From the human T2T-CHM13v2.0 reference genome, Homo sapiens: a stretch of DNA of 64,000 nucleotides. The stretch is from assembly GCF_009914755.1 (NCBI RefSeq), contig NC_060944.1, one strand, 5' to 3'. The translations under genes were made by a program, and so were the position numbers. Below the pieces are notes generated by a model. It saw nothing but the letters and a program-made list of their open reading frames with translations, ran no database searches and was not told the origin of the DNA. The stretch's first letter is position 1, and every line of letters begins with the position of its first letter. Below, piece after piece: positions 17,824 to 31,790 of this stretch.

Positions 17824-19149
17824 TGACTCACAGTCAGTTGGTACTGATTCTGCCACTAACCTGGTGGGCAGAAACAGTGAGCAATATCTGACTTAATATT
17901 TTAATGAGGAACAAAAATAGAGTGGATTAACTAAACAGAGAGGAATAAATAAGGTAATTTGGTCTAATCCTTTCATCCTTCTATTAAGAAATGTTTCTTT
18001 GTATTAAAACACATATTCAACTTTATTATTATCCATACCTGTATCATTTTTGCAGAATCACAGTAAAAGGCCAAGATGTGGCAGAAAGAGTGAATTATAG
18101 CTCAGGCTGATGGCATAATTGAGACTGTCAGTCTCTCAGGTACCACAGAGGAAGTAGAGAGTATTGACTACTAGGCAGTGAGAGTTAACATCAGAATAAT
18201 CTTTCTGCAGTGGTCTCTTGTGTCCAGAGAATTGGGAGGCGGGAAGGGGACTGGACAGAGTTTGGCTACTGGAAGGGCCTGGTAAGTAGCATTAGTTAAG
18301 CATAGTAGGAGTTCAAATGCACAAGCGAAGAGGGTACTATCATGAGATTAAGAAAACAGGAAGCTTCAAGATTCCAGGGAGTTCAATCAAAACATACAAA
18401 GGTTGGGATGAATTAGAGTGGCTTGTGATGACTCTCTGGGCACTGGGGGCAATGAGATCACCAAGTGTTCTCTAAGAAAATCAGTCATCTGTGGCATGAT
18501 TTCAGCAAGTTCTCAAGGCTAGCACAACACTGTTCATTGAGTAAGAGGTAAACTATTACTACGTTTTGAAATTTTAAAGTTGTAGCACAAGATTTTACAT
18601 AGAAAACATCAGGCTCTTGTTATTTACATTATTCAGATCTGTAAGAATAGTTCCGTGTCCAAGAACTTGCTTCCTTGCTTCCTCCACACAAATTTGTATA
18701 GGTCTACTTCTTTCTAGGTATTTTTTTAAAGAAAAAATTGTTTTCAGAATGATTTTTATACTGTTTCATTTAAAAAGTATTCAAAATTATACTTTTTATA
18801 CTTGCTCTAACAATGACTCCATACACTGGCATCATTATCGTTAATATTTTATATATTAATTTTAATTTTACTCATTGGAGGTTTGAAGTCTAATTTAAAA
18901 ATTAAAATGTTAGAATTGTAATTTAAAGCAACATTTGTAAATGAAGGTTCAAACTAGCCGAATGCTGTAAGATGTTAAGGGATACTTTTCTTATTGCACT
19001 GGAATTGAAAACTAAAACTAAGGGCAAAGAGGTATCAGATGCCCCATATTGTAAAGGGAGCTTCCAGTGGTCAAAGACTCACTCCATTTAGTTTAAATGC
19101 CTCCCGATTAGGCCTTGCTTTTTCCTGCTATTACCCACTCCCATGATTA

Positions 19150-19545
19150 TGGTTGAAGGGTAGGTACCCTAGAAAGCAGACTCCGAGATAAAGGTAAAGA
19201 TTAGCATGCAGGATATTACTCAGGGAACATTTTTAGGATAAAAACCTGTGAAAGAATGGAAAAGGAGGCAAAACTGAGTAGTGGGAGAAGTTGAACTCTG
19301 TTGTAGTCTCAACAAAGCCCTCAGGTGAACCTTTAGGAAGCTGAGATGGCCCTTCAAAGTTGTCTTGAGTTGGGGCAAGGCCTGGGCCTTTATATCCCCA
19401 TAAGTATCAGCACTGGGCAGAGGACCAAGACTCATATCCCCAAGATATTGGATATGAGCCACCCAGGGAAGGGGCATGATCTAGAGTGAGGCAGCTGTTT
19501 TCTGCTGAGGTAATTCTTGAAGGGGCTGCCAGCTAAGGACTATCT
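19150..19545. mobile_element. ERVL/MaLR-class solo LTR (LTR16-like)
   Basis: GAAAGCAGACTCCGAGAT…ATTAGCATGCAGG motif recalled from ERVL-class LTRs. Family assignment uncertain. Confidence 0.45.
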
Positions 19546-19549
19546 GCTG

Positions 19550-20860
19550 TCATTTGAATTGGTGTTCCTTTATAGGAAATGTTCTGTTTCTCTCTGGCTG
19601 CTTTCAAGCTTTTTTTTCTTTGTGTTTAGTTTTCAGAAGTTTAATTATAGCATGGATTTTTTAAAAAATTTATCTTATTTGGCTTATCTTATTTGGGGTT
19701 CACTTCATGAATCTGTTGGTCTATCTCTTTCACAAAATTTGTGACATTGTCAGCTATTGTGTCTTTCAGTACTCCTTCAGGGCCTACTCTCTTTCTCAAC
19801 TTCTGGGATCTTTTGGTTTTGTCCCATGGGTTTCTGAGGCTCTGTTCATTTTAGGAGACTCTGGGTCCTATTTAAATCCCTTATTTTAGTAGGTAGTAAC
19901 TCTGTTAGGTTTACATCGTAGGTCCTAGCCTACTTTAGTGGGCAGTAGTTCTAAGGACAATTTAATTTTCCAAGATTTTTTGGTCTTATTTTGGTGGGCC
20001 TTGTGTATCTGGTGCTGGTGGGGCTCCCAGGGGTCTATACTGTGATGCCTGAGGGGACAGAACACATTTTTCTAGGCTAGGCTTCTTTATGTTTCTAGGT
20101 GGGGAAAAGAAAGTCTCTGGTCTGACTGGATGAAGAGTGCTTCCAGGCCTAGCTACTTATTGTGGTGGAGATTCCCCTCCACACCTCCCTCACCAGCATC
20201 TCCCACCCACAAGTATCCTGGTGAAGGAGGGGATTCTCAGGCCTGGTGGAAAAGAAATGACTTCTGAGGCCAGAAGCTTGTTGAGACAGGATGCCTCCTG
20301 TCTGTGGGAGATGGAAAGCCCTTCCTGGGCTGGGTGCTTGTGGTAAGATTCCCCAGTGCCTGTGCTCCCCAGCCATCAGTGTCCCTTGGTGTTGGAGAGG
20401 AAAGTCAGGTCCGTAGATCATCCTGGCAGGTGCTTGTTGAGGCCTGATGCCCCGTGCTGGTGCTGTCCTGTGTCTTCTGGTAGGAGAGGGGAGTCTCAGA
20501 CCCTGTTGAGAAGGAGAACATTTTTCCTGCTGGTTCATCAGCTTATCTTCAGTGGGGCTCCTCTTCAATCCCAGGGAGGACTGAGCCTACTTGGGCTGCC
20601 TTCTGTTGCTACATTGGATGTCAGGGAATGCTGGCCCTGGGTCACCTTCTTCCTTTTGGTGGGAGGTTGTAAGATGCCCTGCAACTATGCTGTTCCTCCA
20701 GACCTGGGTTCTCTAATCAGTTCACCCTCCTTTTGCACCTTTCAGAGTTCTCCTTTGGTTGCCTCTCGCATTATCTCCAGCGTTTACAGTTGTATTTAGC
20801 AGGAGTGGGTGGGAGGAGGAACCAGAAAAAACAAATTATGCTATCTTCACCAGACTTCAG
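19550..20860 (-). mobile_element. Old L1M ORF1/5' region fragment
   Basis: TTCTCTCTGGCTGCTTTCAAG…TTTTCAGAAGTTTAATTATAG motif of antisense L1M ORF1, followed by GC-richer 5'UTR-like sequence. Confidence 0.55.
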
Positions 20861-21026
20861 CTTCATCTGAGAGGGCAGAATTTTGCAAAATAGAATATCG
20901 TAATCTCTCATCAACTTGTAAAAAATTTAAAAAAAAATCTTCAACATCATGATTCTGATGTTTAAATATTATGTATTATAAAAATAACAACATATACTTT
21001 ATAGATTTATTTACTATAGTTATATC

Positions 21027-21316
21027 TTTTTTTAAATAAGATACAAGGTCTTGCTTTATCACCCAGGATGGAGTTCAATGGCGCAATCATAGCTCACTGT
21101 AACCTCAAACTCCTGGGCTCAAGCAATATTCTTGTCTCATTCTCCTGAGTAGCTAGGACTAATAAGTGCATGCCACCATGCCCAGCAATGTATTTGTTTA
21201 TTTATTTATTGTAGAGACAGAGTCTCTCTATGTTGCACAGACTGGAACTCCTGGGCTCAAGCAATCCTCCTGCCTCAGCCTCCAAAAGTGCTGGGATTAC
21301 GCCACCACACCTGGCC
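21027..21316 (-). mobile_element. AluJ (degenerate)
   Basis: AluJ diagnostics (ATCATAGCTCACTGTAACCTCAAACTCCTGGGCTCAAGC). TSD TATAGTTATAT at 21015-21025 and 21317-21327. Confidence 0.9.
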
Positions 21317-22869
21317 TATAGTTATATAATTTAATGTGACTATTTTACTTACCTGTTTATTTCCAGCAATCGTTCCAGAACAGCCACAAACAGTGACTAC
21401 CTGAAAAATGGTTGTTAAATAATTAAATTATAATTTGTATTCTTTATAATTGGCATAGAGGTTTCAGTAATTTGCCCAAAATTATATAACTATTGATGAA
21501 ACTAAGGATTAATATTAAATACTTCTTTTGGTAGACACCACATCTATTGCATCTGGAATACCATATGCAAATTCTCTTATTACCTGTTGCTGCATCTGTT
21601 TTATTTCTGGTCTTTAGAAGTCTCAGAGTGACATTAGAATTACAACTAGTTTTAGTAAGTATTATTTAGTTATCCTGAGAGATTTGTTAAATAATAATAA
21701 TTTTTAAAAGCCTCTGTAGTCAGTAATCAGCTTCTCACCAATGATAATACTTCTGTCTGAGATTAATATCAGTGCTTTTCAATGCAGCAGACTAAAACTA
21801 ATCTCTATTATAGAATCCACAGCTGGCCTGATGGAACTGTAATACAAAAGTAATTGGTATTTTTTGATGTCCAGAGGATGCAAATTATAATTTGTCTCCT
21901 GTGTACAGAAAAAAAGTGTGTCTTGTATGGTAAATAATTAAACTTGATACTCATAAAGTTATATTTTTCCATGTCTTAAAGGAGATGACTATTTTATACT
22001 TACAGTCGATATAAATATAATAATGTATTTATTTCATCCTTGAACAATGTAACTAACATTTTACTATATATTAATAGAAGCCAACTACAATTTGAAATTA
22101 AATAATTAGACTTATTTAGGAAAGAAAAATTATGGTTTTTTATTTGCTACTTCAGGTTTTGATGAAGATTCTCTATTTGATTGTCCTAAAGTCAAGAATG
22201 AGGAGTGCTAACGATAGAAAACTTAGGACAAATGAAAACATATATTTTACTTTCATTTTGTGTATTTTGCAATAAGCATATAAAATCTTAGGTTAGCCAG
22301 TTTGCATTTATTTGATGAAAGCCAAACTTTAATGTAGTATTTATTATTGTTTTCATAAATCTAAATTTAGCTCAAGTCTTTCAGCATTGATAATTAAGAA
22401 ATATATGCCCTCTTTAATAGCGATGTATGTTTAATTGTTCATATTACCTGAAGTCATACTGAGAATTTTCATCTTTTTAAATGTCAAAATTTGGCTAAGG
22501 TTATCAGGATATTAAATGTAATATTTCAAAGGAGTATGATCTCTTATAGATAATTCCAGATTTTGTGAGATCAAAATTGCTGATTATAATAATGTTAGTA
22601 AATAATATGGGAAAGGTATGGCGAAATATTTAAATTTTTACAATTTTAAGTTGTATGATGTATGTAAATGCTATTTTTTCTGGTAACTTTGGTTTAAAAA
22701 CCAGTAATACTGCCTTTGACATTGGTGTTAACTGGATACATTGCTTTTTGTGGGCATTGGATATCCATCTATTTTGAAATAATTTGGGAGAAATAAAATA
22801 ATTCCTTAAGATATAGTCTAGCATACTAAAAAGAACATTTGTTTGATGTTGGGTGAAAGGACTCAAGCA

Positions 22870-23050
22870 TTGGATTGAATAGTTACTTACCAGCCCATGA
22901 CCTTGGGCAAATAACTTAACCTCACTATAGCCTCAGTTTCATCATTTGTTATAGGAAAAGTAAAATTCCCAATTTGCAAGATTATTTGGAGGATTAAGAT
23001 ATCATAAAGATCAAATCTTAAACATTGCCTGATACATAATAGATGCTTAG
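22870..23050 (+). mobile_element. MIR
   Basis: Core TGACCTTGGGCAAATAACTTAACCTC…GCCTCAGTTTCATCATTTGT. Confidence 0.75.
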
Positions 23051-23222
23051 AAAATTGTCTTCAGGATCTATTTGTATATTCCATTATTTGGTTGTTATTT
23101 TGGGCATATTTTCTACCTTGATAAGCTTACTAAAGTATGTATCAGCTGGTCCACTGGCTTGGTGATTCAGAGCATAACTTTCTAATGGAAATGAATCATA
23201 CAAGAGCTCATTTTATGATTTT

Positions 23223-23957
23223 TATAAGCTGGTCACGTCATGAGTTAGATTTGTGCAAGAAGTTAGTTCGAACTTCTTGATGATCCAAGCATTGCGTTAG
23301 GGTGAATGCAGAGCCAGGTCAGCTTCTGCATGAGCCAGCATACTTTAGATGTGTAACAAGACTTTAACAAACTGGAAGAAGAATATTGCTTTAAAATGAT
23401 GTGTCCAGATTGGAAAAAGAAGAAATGGAAACATATGTTCCATTGAATTTTCATTAATTTATTGTAAGTAGAATTGGCACTACTAGAGAAAGTCTTCATA
23501 TACTACAGTAGTTTAAAAAAGAGAAATACAGAAACAGGGATTATATAATTTCCACTTTATTCCTTACTCTATATTCCTTACTATATTACTTACACTTTAT
23601 TCCTTTCTCTATAAGCTGGCCACGTCATGAGTTAGATTTGTGCAAGAAGTTAGTTCAAATTTCTTGATGATCCAAGCATTGCATTAGGGTGAATGCAGAG
23701 CCAGGTCAGCTTCTGCATGAGCCAGCATACTTTAGATGTGTAACAAGACTTTAACAAACTGGAAGAAGAATATTGCTTTAAAATGATGTGTGTAGATTGG
23801 AAAAAGAAGAAAAGGAAACATACGTTCCATTGAATTTTCATTAATTTATTGTAAGTAGAACTGGCACTACTAGAGAAAGTCTTCATATGCTACAGTAGTT
23901 TAAAAAAGAGAAATACAGAAACAGGGATTATATAATTTCCACTTCATTCCTTACTCT
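23223..23957. repeat. Tandem duplication: 348-bp unit x2 with a 39-bp spacer
   Basis: 23223-23570 vs 23610-23957, 11 mismatches counted by eye (~97% identity). Near-identical ORFs 23263-23499 and 23650-23886 reflect the duplication. Confidence 0.97.
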
Positions 23958-24039
23958 GACTTTTTTGTGGGTTGGAGGGTATGGAACTTGGCTTCTCTTA
24001 TGGGAGGTGCTTAAGAGTGTGAACTTTCTAGTAACATTA

Positions 24040-24225
24040 CATGGCTTCAAATACTGGTGCCAGCCTTTGGTCTCGAACATGTTACTTAACCTGTCCGTGT
24101 TCCAATTTTTTAACATATAAAGTGGAAATAGAAAATGGTACCTACTTCATTAGCTTCTTTGGGGGACTGAATTAGCTAGTAATACGTCTGGCATCTAACA
24201 AAAATGATAAATGTAAGCTATGTTA
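24040..24225 (+). mobile_element. MIR
   Basis: GTTACTTAACCTGTCCGTGTTCCAATTTT…AAAGTGGAAATAGAAAATGGTACCTACTTCAT. Confidence 0.6.
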
Positions 24226-24461
24226 TTTTTTAGTTAGGATTCGGGGTATAAATGTAAATTTGAGTAATTATCTGGTGATTACTTTTAGCCATTGCATTCC
24301 ATTTCTCTTTAGCCTTCCATTACACTTGTACAAAAGCAGTGGGTGCCTAGTACAATGTTTGGCATACATGAAGCGTCTTAATGGTTGGTTTTAGATGAAT
24401 GGAAGCAGAAAGCTTAGAATTATCATGGGGACATGATATTTAGCCTTGAAATTCTTATTGA

Positions 24462-24866
<405 letters not shown>

Positions 24867-25424
24867 TAAACCTTAAGCTTCTAAAGTATACTTTAAATTT
24901 TCAAGAAATTTAATTAGAAAGTAGTGGAAAATTTCTTACTCTAATCTTTTCTAGCCAAGTTTTTCCTTTGCATTTAAGTTCAAGACCTGTCATGCTTTGT
25001 GTCTAACAAACATGAAAAGAAAGTGGTTAAAGAGACTTACCTTTAGTTGAGATAGTTTTACTATTTTTACATTAAAAGAAGACCATTAAAAAGTTTATAT
25101 ATTTGATATCTGTCAGAAATTGAAACTAAATATCTTTTCATGTATAGGTGAAAATGTTTCATTGATGTAGTTTACATTTACATCAGAAGCACCCCATTGA
25201 ACTGAAATCTCATCTAACATACCAAAACATTTGATTCAGATTATTTACAAACATAAGAATAATACTGATGATTTAGGTGTTCTCCAAGCTATACTTATGC
25301 ATGCTAAATTTCAGCTAATTTTGACTTATTTTAATAAACATATTTTAATATGCATTTTAAAATAGTTATTAAACTCTTAAATTTTAAAAGTACATATGTC
25401 CTTTTACCCATAATACTTTGGAGA

Positions 25425-26250
25425 ATTTTTTTTTAATTTTTAATTTTTGTGGGTACATAGTAGATGTGTGTGTATATATATAGAAGTACATGAGATTATT
25501 TGATACAGGCATGCAGTGTGTAATAATCCCATCAGGGTAAATGGGGTATCCATCACCTCAAACATTTAGCCTTTGTGTTACAAACAATCTAATTATACTC
25601 TTTTAGTTATTTTTAAATATACAACTAAATTATTATTTACTATAGTCACCCTGTTGTGCTATCAAATATTAGTTCTTACTCATTCTTTCTATTGTTTTTA
25701 CCCATTAACTATCCCCACTTCCTCTCCACCCCTCGAATACCCTTTCCAGTGTCTGGTAACCACCCTTTTCTCCATGTCCATGAGTTCAATTATTTTAATT
25801 TTTAGCTCCCACAAATAAGTGAGAACATGCAAAATTTGTCTTTCTGTGCCTGGCTTATTTCCCTTAACATAATGATCTCCAGTTCCATCCTTGTTGTTGC
25901 AAATAACAGATTCTCATTCTTTATTCTGACGGAATACTACTCCATTGTGTAGCTGTACCATGTTTTCTTTATCCATTCATCTGTTGATGGATGCTTAGGT
26001 TGCTTCCAAATCTTGGCTATTGTGAATAGTGCTGCAACAAATACAAAAGTGCAGATATCTCTTTGAAATACTGATTTTCTTTCTTTGGGGTATACCTAGG
26101 GGTGTGATTGCTATCTTTTGGGTATAATGTAGGAGTGGGGTTGCTGGATCATATGGTAGCTCTGTTTTTGTTTTTTTTTGTGAAATCTCTAAACTGTTTT
26201 CCCTAGTGGTTGTACAATTTACATTCCCACCAACAGTATATAAGGATCCC
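25425..26250 (-). mobile_element. L1MA2/3-like 3' fragment
   Basis: TTTTTGTGGGTACATAGTAG…ATCAGGGTAAATGGGGTATCCATCACCTCA 3'UTR followed by the ORF2 C-terminus. Confidence 0.85.
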
Positions 26251-26562
26251 CTTTTTAAAGAACTTATTTTATAGAAACCCCAGTATGTGGATACACACAC
26301 ACATACACAGACACACACACACAAACACACAAATTTTTACTAGAACATTATCTCTAACAGCAAAACTGGAAACAATGTAAGTGCCCATCAGTAATGGGAG
26401 TAGTTTTACTCAAACTTTGGAATCTCATAGGGCGTTACATATTATTTCATTAGTTAGAGTCATGGTATATTGATAAAAGAGAAATTTATGTTGCGTGGCA
26501 AATTTATTTTTGTCATAACCTCAGAAGCCTTAACTATTTGCATATATTTATAAGAACATGGA

Positions 26563-26867
26563 GGCCAGGCGTGGTGGCTCACGCCTGTAATCCCAGCACT
26601 TTGGGAGGCTGAGGCGGGCGAATCACGAGGTCGGGAAATCAAGATCATCCTGGCTAACACGGTGAAACCCCGTCTCTACTAAAAATACAAAAAATTAGCC
26701 GGGCGTGGTGGCAGGCACCTGTAGTCCCAGCTACTTGGGAGGCTGAGGCAGGAGAATGACGTGAACCCAGGAGGCGGAGCTTGCAGTGAGCCGAGATCGT
26801 GCCACTTGCACTCCAGCCTGGGCAACAGAGCAAGACTCCGTCTCAAAAAAAAAAAAAAAAAAAAAAA
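26563..26867 (+). mobile_element. AluY
   Basis: ATCCTGGCTAACACGGTGAAACCCC and GGCGGAGCTTGCAGTGAGCCGAGATC diagnostics, long pure A tail, TSD AAGA(A/C)CATGGA. Confidence 0.95.
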
Positions 26868-27174
26868 GACCATGGAGAAAAGTATGGAAGGGAATGGTAG
26901 ATAAGAGGAGTTGAGTTTGTTTAATATACTTGATTCTTTAACATGTTCAAATGAGTATGTATTATTTTATATTTTATATAAATATAATTTATTATACTTA
27001 CATGTTTTATGTTTTTTCATTAACAAAGTAAACACTCTGCTATATTGATCATTCTTCAAATGGAAACAGAAGAACAGGGGCCATCCTTATGACCATCTGC
27101 ACTAAGAGAGTTAGCCTCTGAAGGAATGTGAGATTTAGGCTAGCCATCATCAGTGACCAGTCTGTTTAAAACAT

Positions 27175-27650
27175 ACCTGTTCAATCAGGTCCCAGCGGGA
27201 AACAGATGATGCAGTCAAATTACGATAATTCAAGAGCTGGAGCCAGGTGTAGTGTAGGAGAAACTCAAGGAGTTTTTCATGGACCAGGGGCCACCAACAG
27301 CACAGCTGTTGCCACTTGAGGCACAAAGAGACAAGGAGAGGGGGAGGATGTCAGAACCCAGAAAAAGTCATGTTGTAAAGAACCTTGATTAGAATGGTGA
27401 CCTTCTTTCAAGGGACATAGTCCATTCACGGTAAGCTTACAGGAAGTGAACCAGGGAAGAAAATGTTGAATGCATTCTAATCTCTCCTGTCATCGGCCAG
27501 GGCTCCCCACTGACTGAACCCAACTAGAGACAGATGTTAAGAGAGAGCCTTTTGATGTCAAGTACCTAGATCAGCAGCCTTGGGCAGAGAACAGGGGCAA
27601 GTATAGAGAATGGGTTTTGAGGAGTAAACAGGAGCTATCTGGCATAAAAT
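27175..27650. mobile_element. MaLR (MLT1-type) LTR
   Basis: TCAGGTCCCAGCGGGAAACAGATGATGCAGTCAAATT start and CCCACTGACTGAACCCAACTAGA motifs resemble old MLT1 LTRs. Confidence 0.55.
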
Positions 27651-27656
27651 AGCCAA

Positions 27657-27964
27657 CTTTTTTTTTTTTTTTTTTTTTTTTTGAGACAGAGTTTCATTCT
27701 TGTCGCCCAGGCTGGAGTGCAGTGGCGTGATCTCGGCCCACCGCAACCTCCACCTCCTGGGTTCAAACAATCTCATGCCTCAGCCTCCTGAGTAGCTGGG
27801 ATTACAGGCGTGTGCCACCACACAAGGCTAATTTTTGTATTTTTAGTAGAGACGGGGTTTCACCATGTTAGCCAGGGTGGTCTCAATCTCCTGGCCTCAG
27901 GTGATCTGCCCACCTTGGCCTCCCAAAGTGCTGGGATTATAGGTATGAGACACCATGCCCAGCC
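27657..27964 (-). mobile_element. AluS (Sq/Sp-like)
   Basis: Long T tract then GAGACAGAGTTTCATTCTTGTCGCCCAGG. Full dimer. Confidence 0.93.
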
Positions 27965-28357
27965 CCAATATTCTTTTTGAATTAAATAATCAAAATAACC
28001 CAGAAGAGGAAAACATAGATAATATGCAAAATATTGATATCCATTTACTTTATGGGCTTACATAATTATTTTTTAATTGACCTAAGCCCAAACACAAAAT
28101 TAAAAAAGAAAATCTGAAGATGGCATTGTTCCTCACCCTCTTCTGTACATAAGTCCTAAGTTCTTCCTTAAACTCCCATGAGGGCATAGCAGTGAACATC
28201 TCAGAGTGGGGACAGAAAACTATTCCTAAAGATGAACATGGCCCCAGACCCACAAAACGCCAGACTTTGGACTTGGTCTGAAATAGTGGAGGTTTTCTGT
28301 TAAGTCCTAGCTTGTTTCCAAGGAATGACACTGTAAATCAGGTCATGGAATGGGAAG

Positions 28358-28625
28358 CTGACATTTACTGACCCTTGGCATGTGCCAGGCTCCATGACAT
28401 ACATTCATGTAAGTTATCACTTTTACTCCTCTCAGCAAACCTGTACTGTGACCAATATGGTCACATGAATGTATGCCATGGAGCCTGGCACATGTCAGGT
28501 TTGCTGAGAGGAGTAAAAGTGATTACTCTTTAAGAAACAGAAACTCCAAGAGTTTAATTTGGAGTTTAAGGAACTTTCTCAAGGTCAATGATAGAGTCTG
28601 GAATTGGAGCTAGGTCTGCTTGGCT
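28358..28625 (-). mobile_element. MIR disrupted by an internal inverted duplication
   Basis: GACATTTACTGA…TGTGCCAGGC…CAGAAACTCCAAGAG…AACTTTCTCAAGGTCA…AGGTCTG MIR motifs. Confidence 0.65.
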
Positions 28626-30871
28626 ACATCGTGGCACAGCCTCACTTGGCTGCAAGATGGTAAAGGAGTCATTATCTATTATCAGAGGTCTCTCACCTGT
28701 CCCAGAAATATGGCTTTCCCCTTCCCCTCTCTCTCATTCCCTTATCTTCCATTCATTCCCTTAGTTATATATTTAACAAGTATTTATTCAGTACCTACTG
28801 TGTCAGGAATCATGCATTGTACCATTGATATCAATGAATATGGCCTCTGCCTTCATGGATTTTACAGCTTAATAAGAATTCTCAGGGGATTCATCGTCTG
28901 GATTTCCACTAGCCCCAAGTCCTTTTCATTTGAGGTCATTTGCATCTCAGTCTTCCTATATCTTTATTAAGACTGAGAATTATTTTTTGGCCTATTTGTT
29001 TAAATAAAAGTGTAATATAAAAATTGTAATAAACCTTTTTAAAAATCTCACTTGCTAGTTCATTATTTTAGAGAATTGAGGATACTATAATATTATAAGA
29101 AATATGAAATACTGGAACTAGGTAAGATAATATTTTTAAAGGTGCTTTCTGGTTTTATTGAAACAAATCAGCCAGCTCCCCCAAAAATGTGGATATATGG
29201 GTACATGTTGAGGCTTATGTTTTAATCAGGCTAAAAGCGTATCACATTCTCTCAAATAAGCATATCTTTCATTTCTTAAATTGAAAATTTATTTGTATTT
29301 ATTCAAAACCTTTCTTGTCAAAGACAAGTTAAAACTGCTGTTCAAGTGTCTTGTATAATTATAACCATAAAACTAATAAACATTTCAACTAATTTTTTCC
29401 CTATTCAGATATGCTTGTTCACTCTTGGGAAAGCCCCAGATTGGGTTACTGAAGTAATCTCATTTTTGTAACTGAGCCAGTATTATCATTATCAAAATTA
29501 CAATTGATCTACAGTATAGTGTCATAAAGGGTGACTGGTATGTAGCACATTCTGATTTCTCTCATTTTGCATTAGATGCATTGCATAATAGAACTGTAGG
29601 AATTGCCTGCTAATGCTTTAGTTCACCCTTTAACAATTAAGTTAGGCAATCTTGGGTAAAGCAACATTCAGTAGGCTCCATGCATGTTGTTTTCTATAAC
29701 CACCTTTGGATGCAATTTTGGGGAGTGGGAGGGCTGCAATACACACACAGAGACACATACATATATTTATAATTTGTTAAGAGGAAGTTACTATTAAACA
29801 TCTAAGTTGACATATTGTATGGTGGGTTCTTCTGGGTCTGATCCTAGACAAGTGAGTTAACAACATCTTTGATCCTCTTTAGCTTTCTACTTTTGTAAAA
29901 TAAAGGGGTTGGACCAAATAAGTGGGGTTTTTGTTTGTTTGTTTATTTGTTTAGCTTTTAGAGTTTTTTTTGCCCATGCTACGATATTCCTAGAAGTCAC
30001 TGAGTACCTAGTAAGGCAAACCAGGACCAGCTGTAGCTCCTCCCTTGTACTTTAACAACAGTAATTCTGTTTTGTTTTATATGTGAATCATCCCAAGTAA
30101 GACTTCCAATCTCTGATGCCTTTTCACCTATTTATTAGTAGTAGGGGTCATTGTATTCTATTTTTGGCTTCATAGTGAATGACAGCTTGTACAAACAACA
30201 CAGATACTGGAATAATCAGTCTTTTCTTCAAATTCTGTAGTAGCATGAACTGTAAAGTATTAATCATGTGTTTATGCCTGGTTTCTACATGTGAATCCGT
30301 TAAGCCTATTCTTAATTTTCTCGCTTCGTCAGCTTCAAAGCAGGAAATTACACCATTGCCCAAAATCTCCACCATTCTGTTGATTTTGTTTGGGAGGTGT
30401 AAATCTAGTAAAGCATAGACAGAGGCCTGTTGCCAGATTGATAGCTGTATTTGTCTGCGTAGATTGTATTTTCACAGCTGTCAGGTGAGATGGTTGCTTC
30501 CTATATAAAGTGGTTCTAGAATCATGCATGTGCTTGGGATTTTAATTTATCAGATTTTTTAGCATTTCCTACTTAAAGAGCTTCAAACTCTAGGGAATAT
30601 AATGTATGCCATTCTGAAAGGTGGTATTTCAGCTTTTGTATCTTTGGGGATAACATGTTGTGAATGAAATTGGTGTTTTAAATAGAGCTCCTGGGGAAGT
30701 TTTTGCCAACAGTCCTTTTGATATCCCATGTGCTCTATTGTAATAAGAAAGCAGAATAAATAAACTAAACTAGGTGGTCAGGATTCTGTTAGGATGAAAA
30801 CAAGTATAATTTCCTTTATAATGATGAAAAGCAAACAAAACTCTGTACAAATAGTTTTAATCAATGTTTAA

Positions 30872-31180
<309 letters not shown>

Positions 31181-31599
31181 TGAGAAAAACATAAATTAAT
31201 GTGTTATTGAAAACTGCCGTGATCATTTTTCATTTAGGCTAATTATTCCAGGAAAGGGATTCCTATATTGTATTCACTTTTTTTGGTTTTAATACTTTAA
31301 TAGTGAGTATTTATAGCTATAGAAATTTGATACTTTTAATTAAAAAATTTGAAACTAGGTTCAAATGAAAGAAAAAATTCTCATAAACTTTAAAAATGTA
31401 ACCACTTGTTTAGGGTATTGGAAATCAATTCTCCATATTTGACACTATCAAATTAGCTTCAGATAACCCTTTTCTTCATTTTGTGTTCATGTTGTTTTCA
31501 CTTTGTAAACAGTAAAACTCCATCTCCTTGCGTGAAGTTATTTTAGGGGGAAGAAAAAGTGCAATACACAGATTCATTATCTTGTAATGACTCATTTTA

Positions 31600-31790
31600 G
31601 TTTTGCATTGAATCAATCTTTGAGACAATTACTGTAACTTGATTTTTTCCTTCCCTCCACTGGTAATAAAAGAGACATTTTATTTCAGGGAAATGTGAAG
31701 TAAAATAGTCTTGCTTCATAAGCATGCTCAGAGAAGAGATTTTTAAATCTTGTTTTAAAAATAGTGGCATCATGTTCATGAACTTCAAGT
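31600..31790 (-). mobile_element. Possible ancient pogo/Tigger transposase relic
   Basis: A minus-strand frame reads HAYEARLFYFTFP, one nucleotide per codon away from the pogo DDE motif NADETGLFY. It is followed by GGK…VTV-like codons. Confidence 0.4.

Noticed and set aside
20137-20799. GC-richer ORFs of 139-147 aa as a nested gene
   Set aside because: They lie within an old L1M 5' region, have no motif and are chance open frames on both strands.
23263-23886. Duplicated 78-aa ORFs as a small gene pair
   Set aside because: No recognisable domain or splice context. Their similarity follows from the DNA duplication.
23223-23957. CRISPR-like or VNTR array
   Set aside because: Only two long units, no repeat-spacer periodicity, and the context is eukaryotic.
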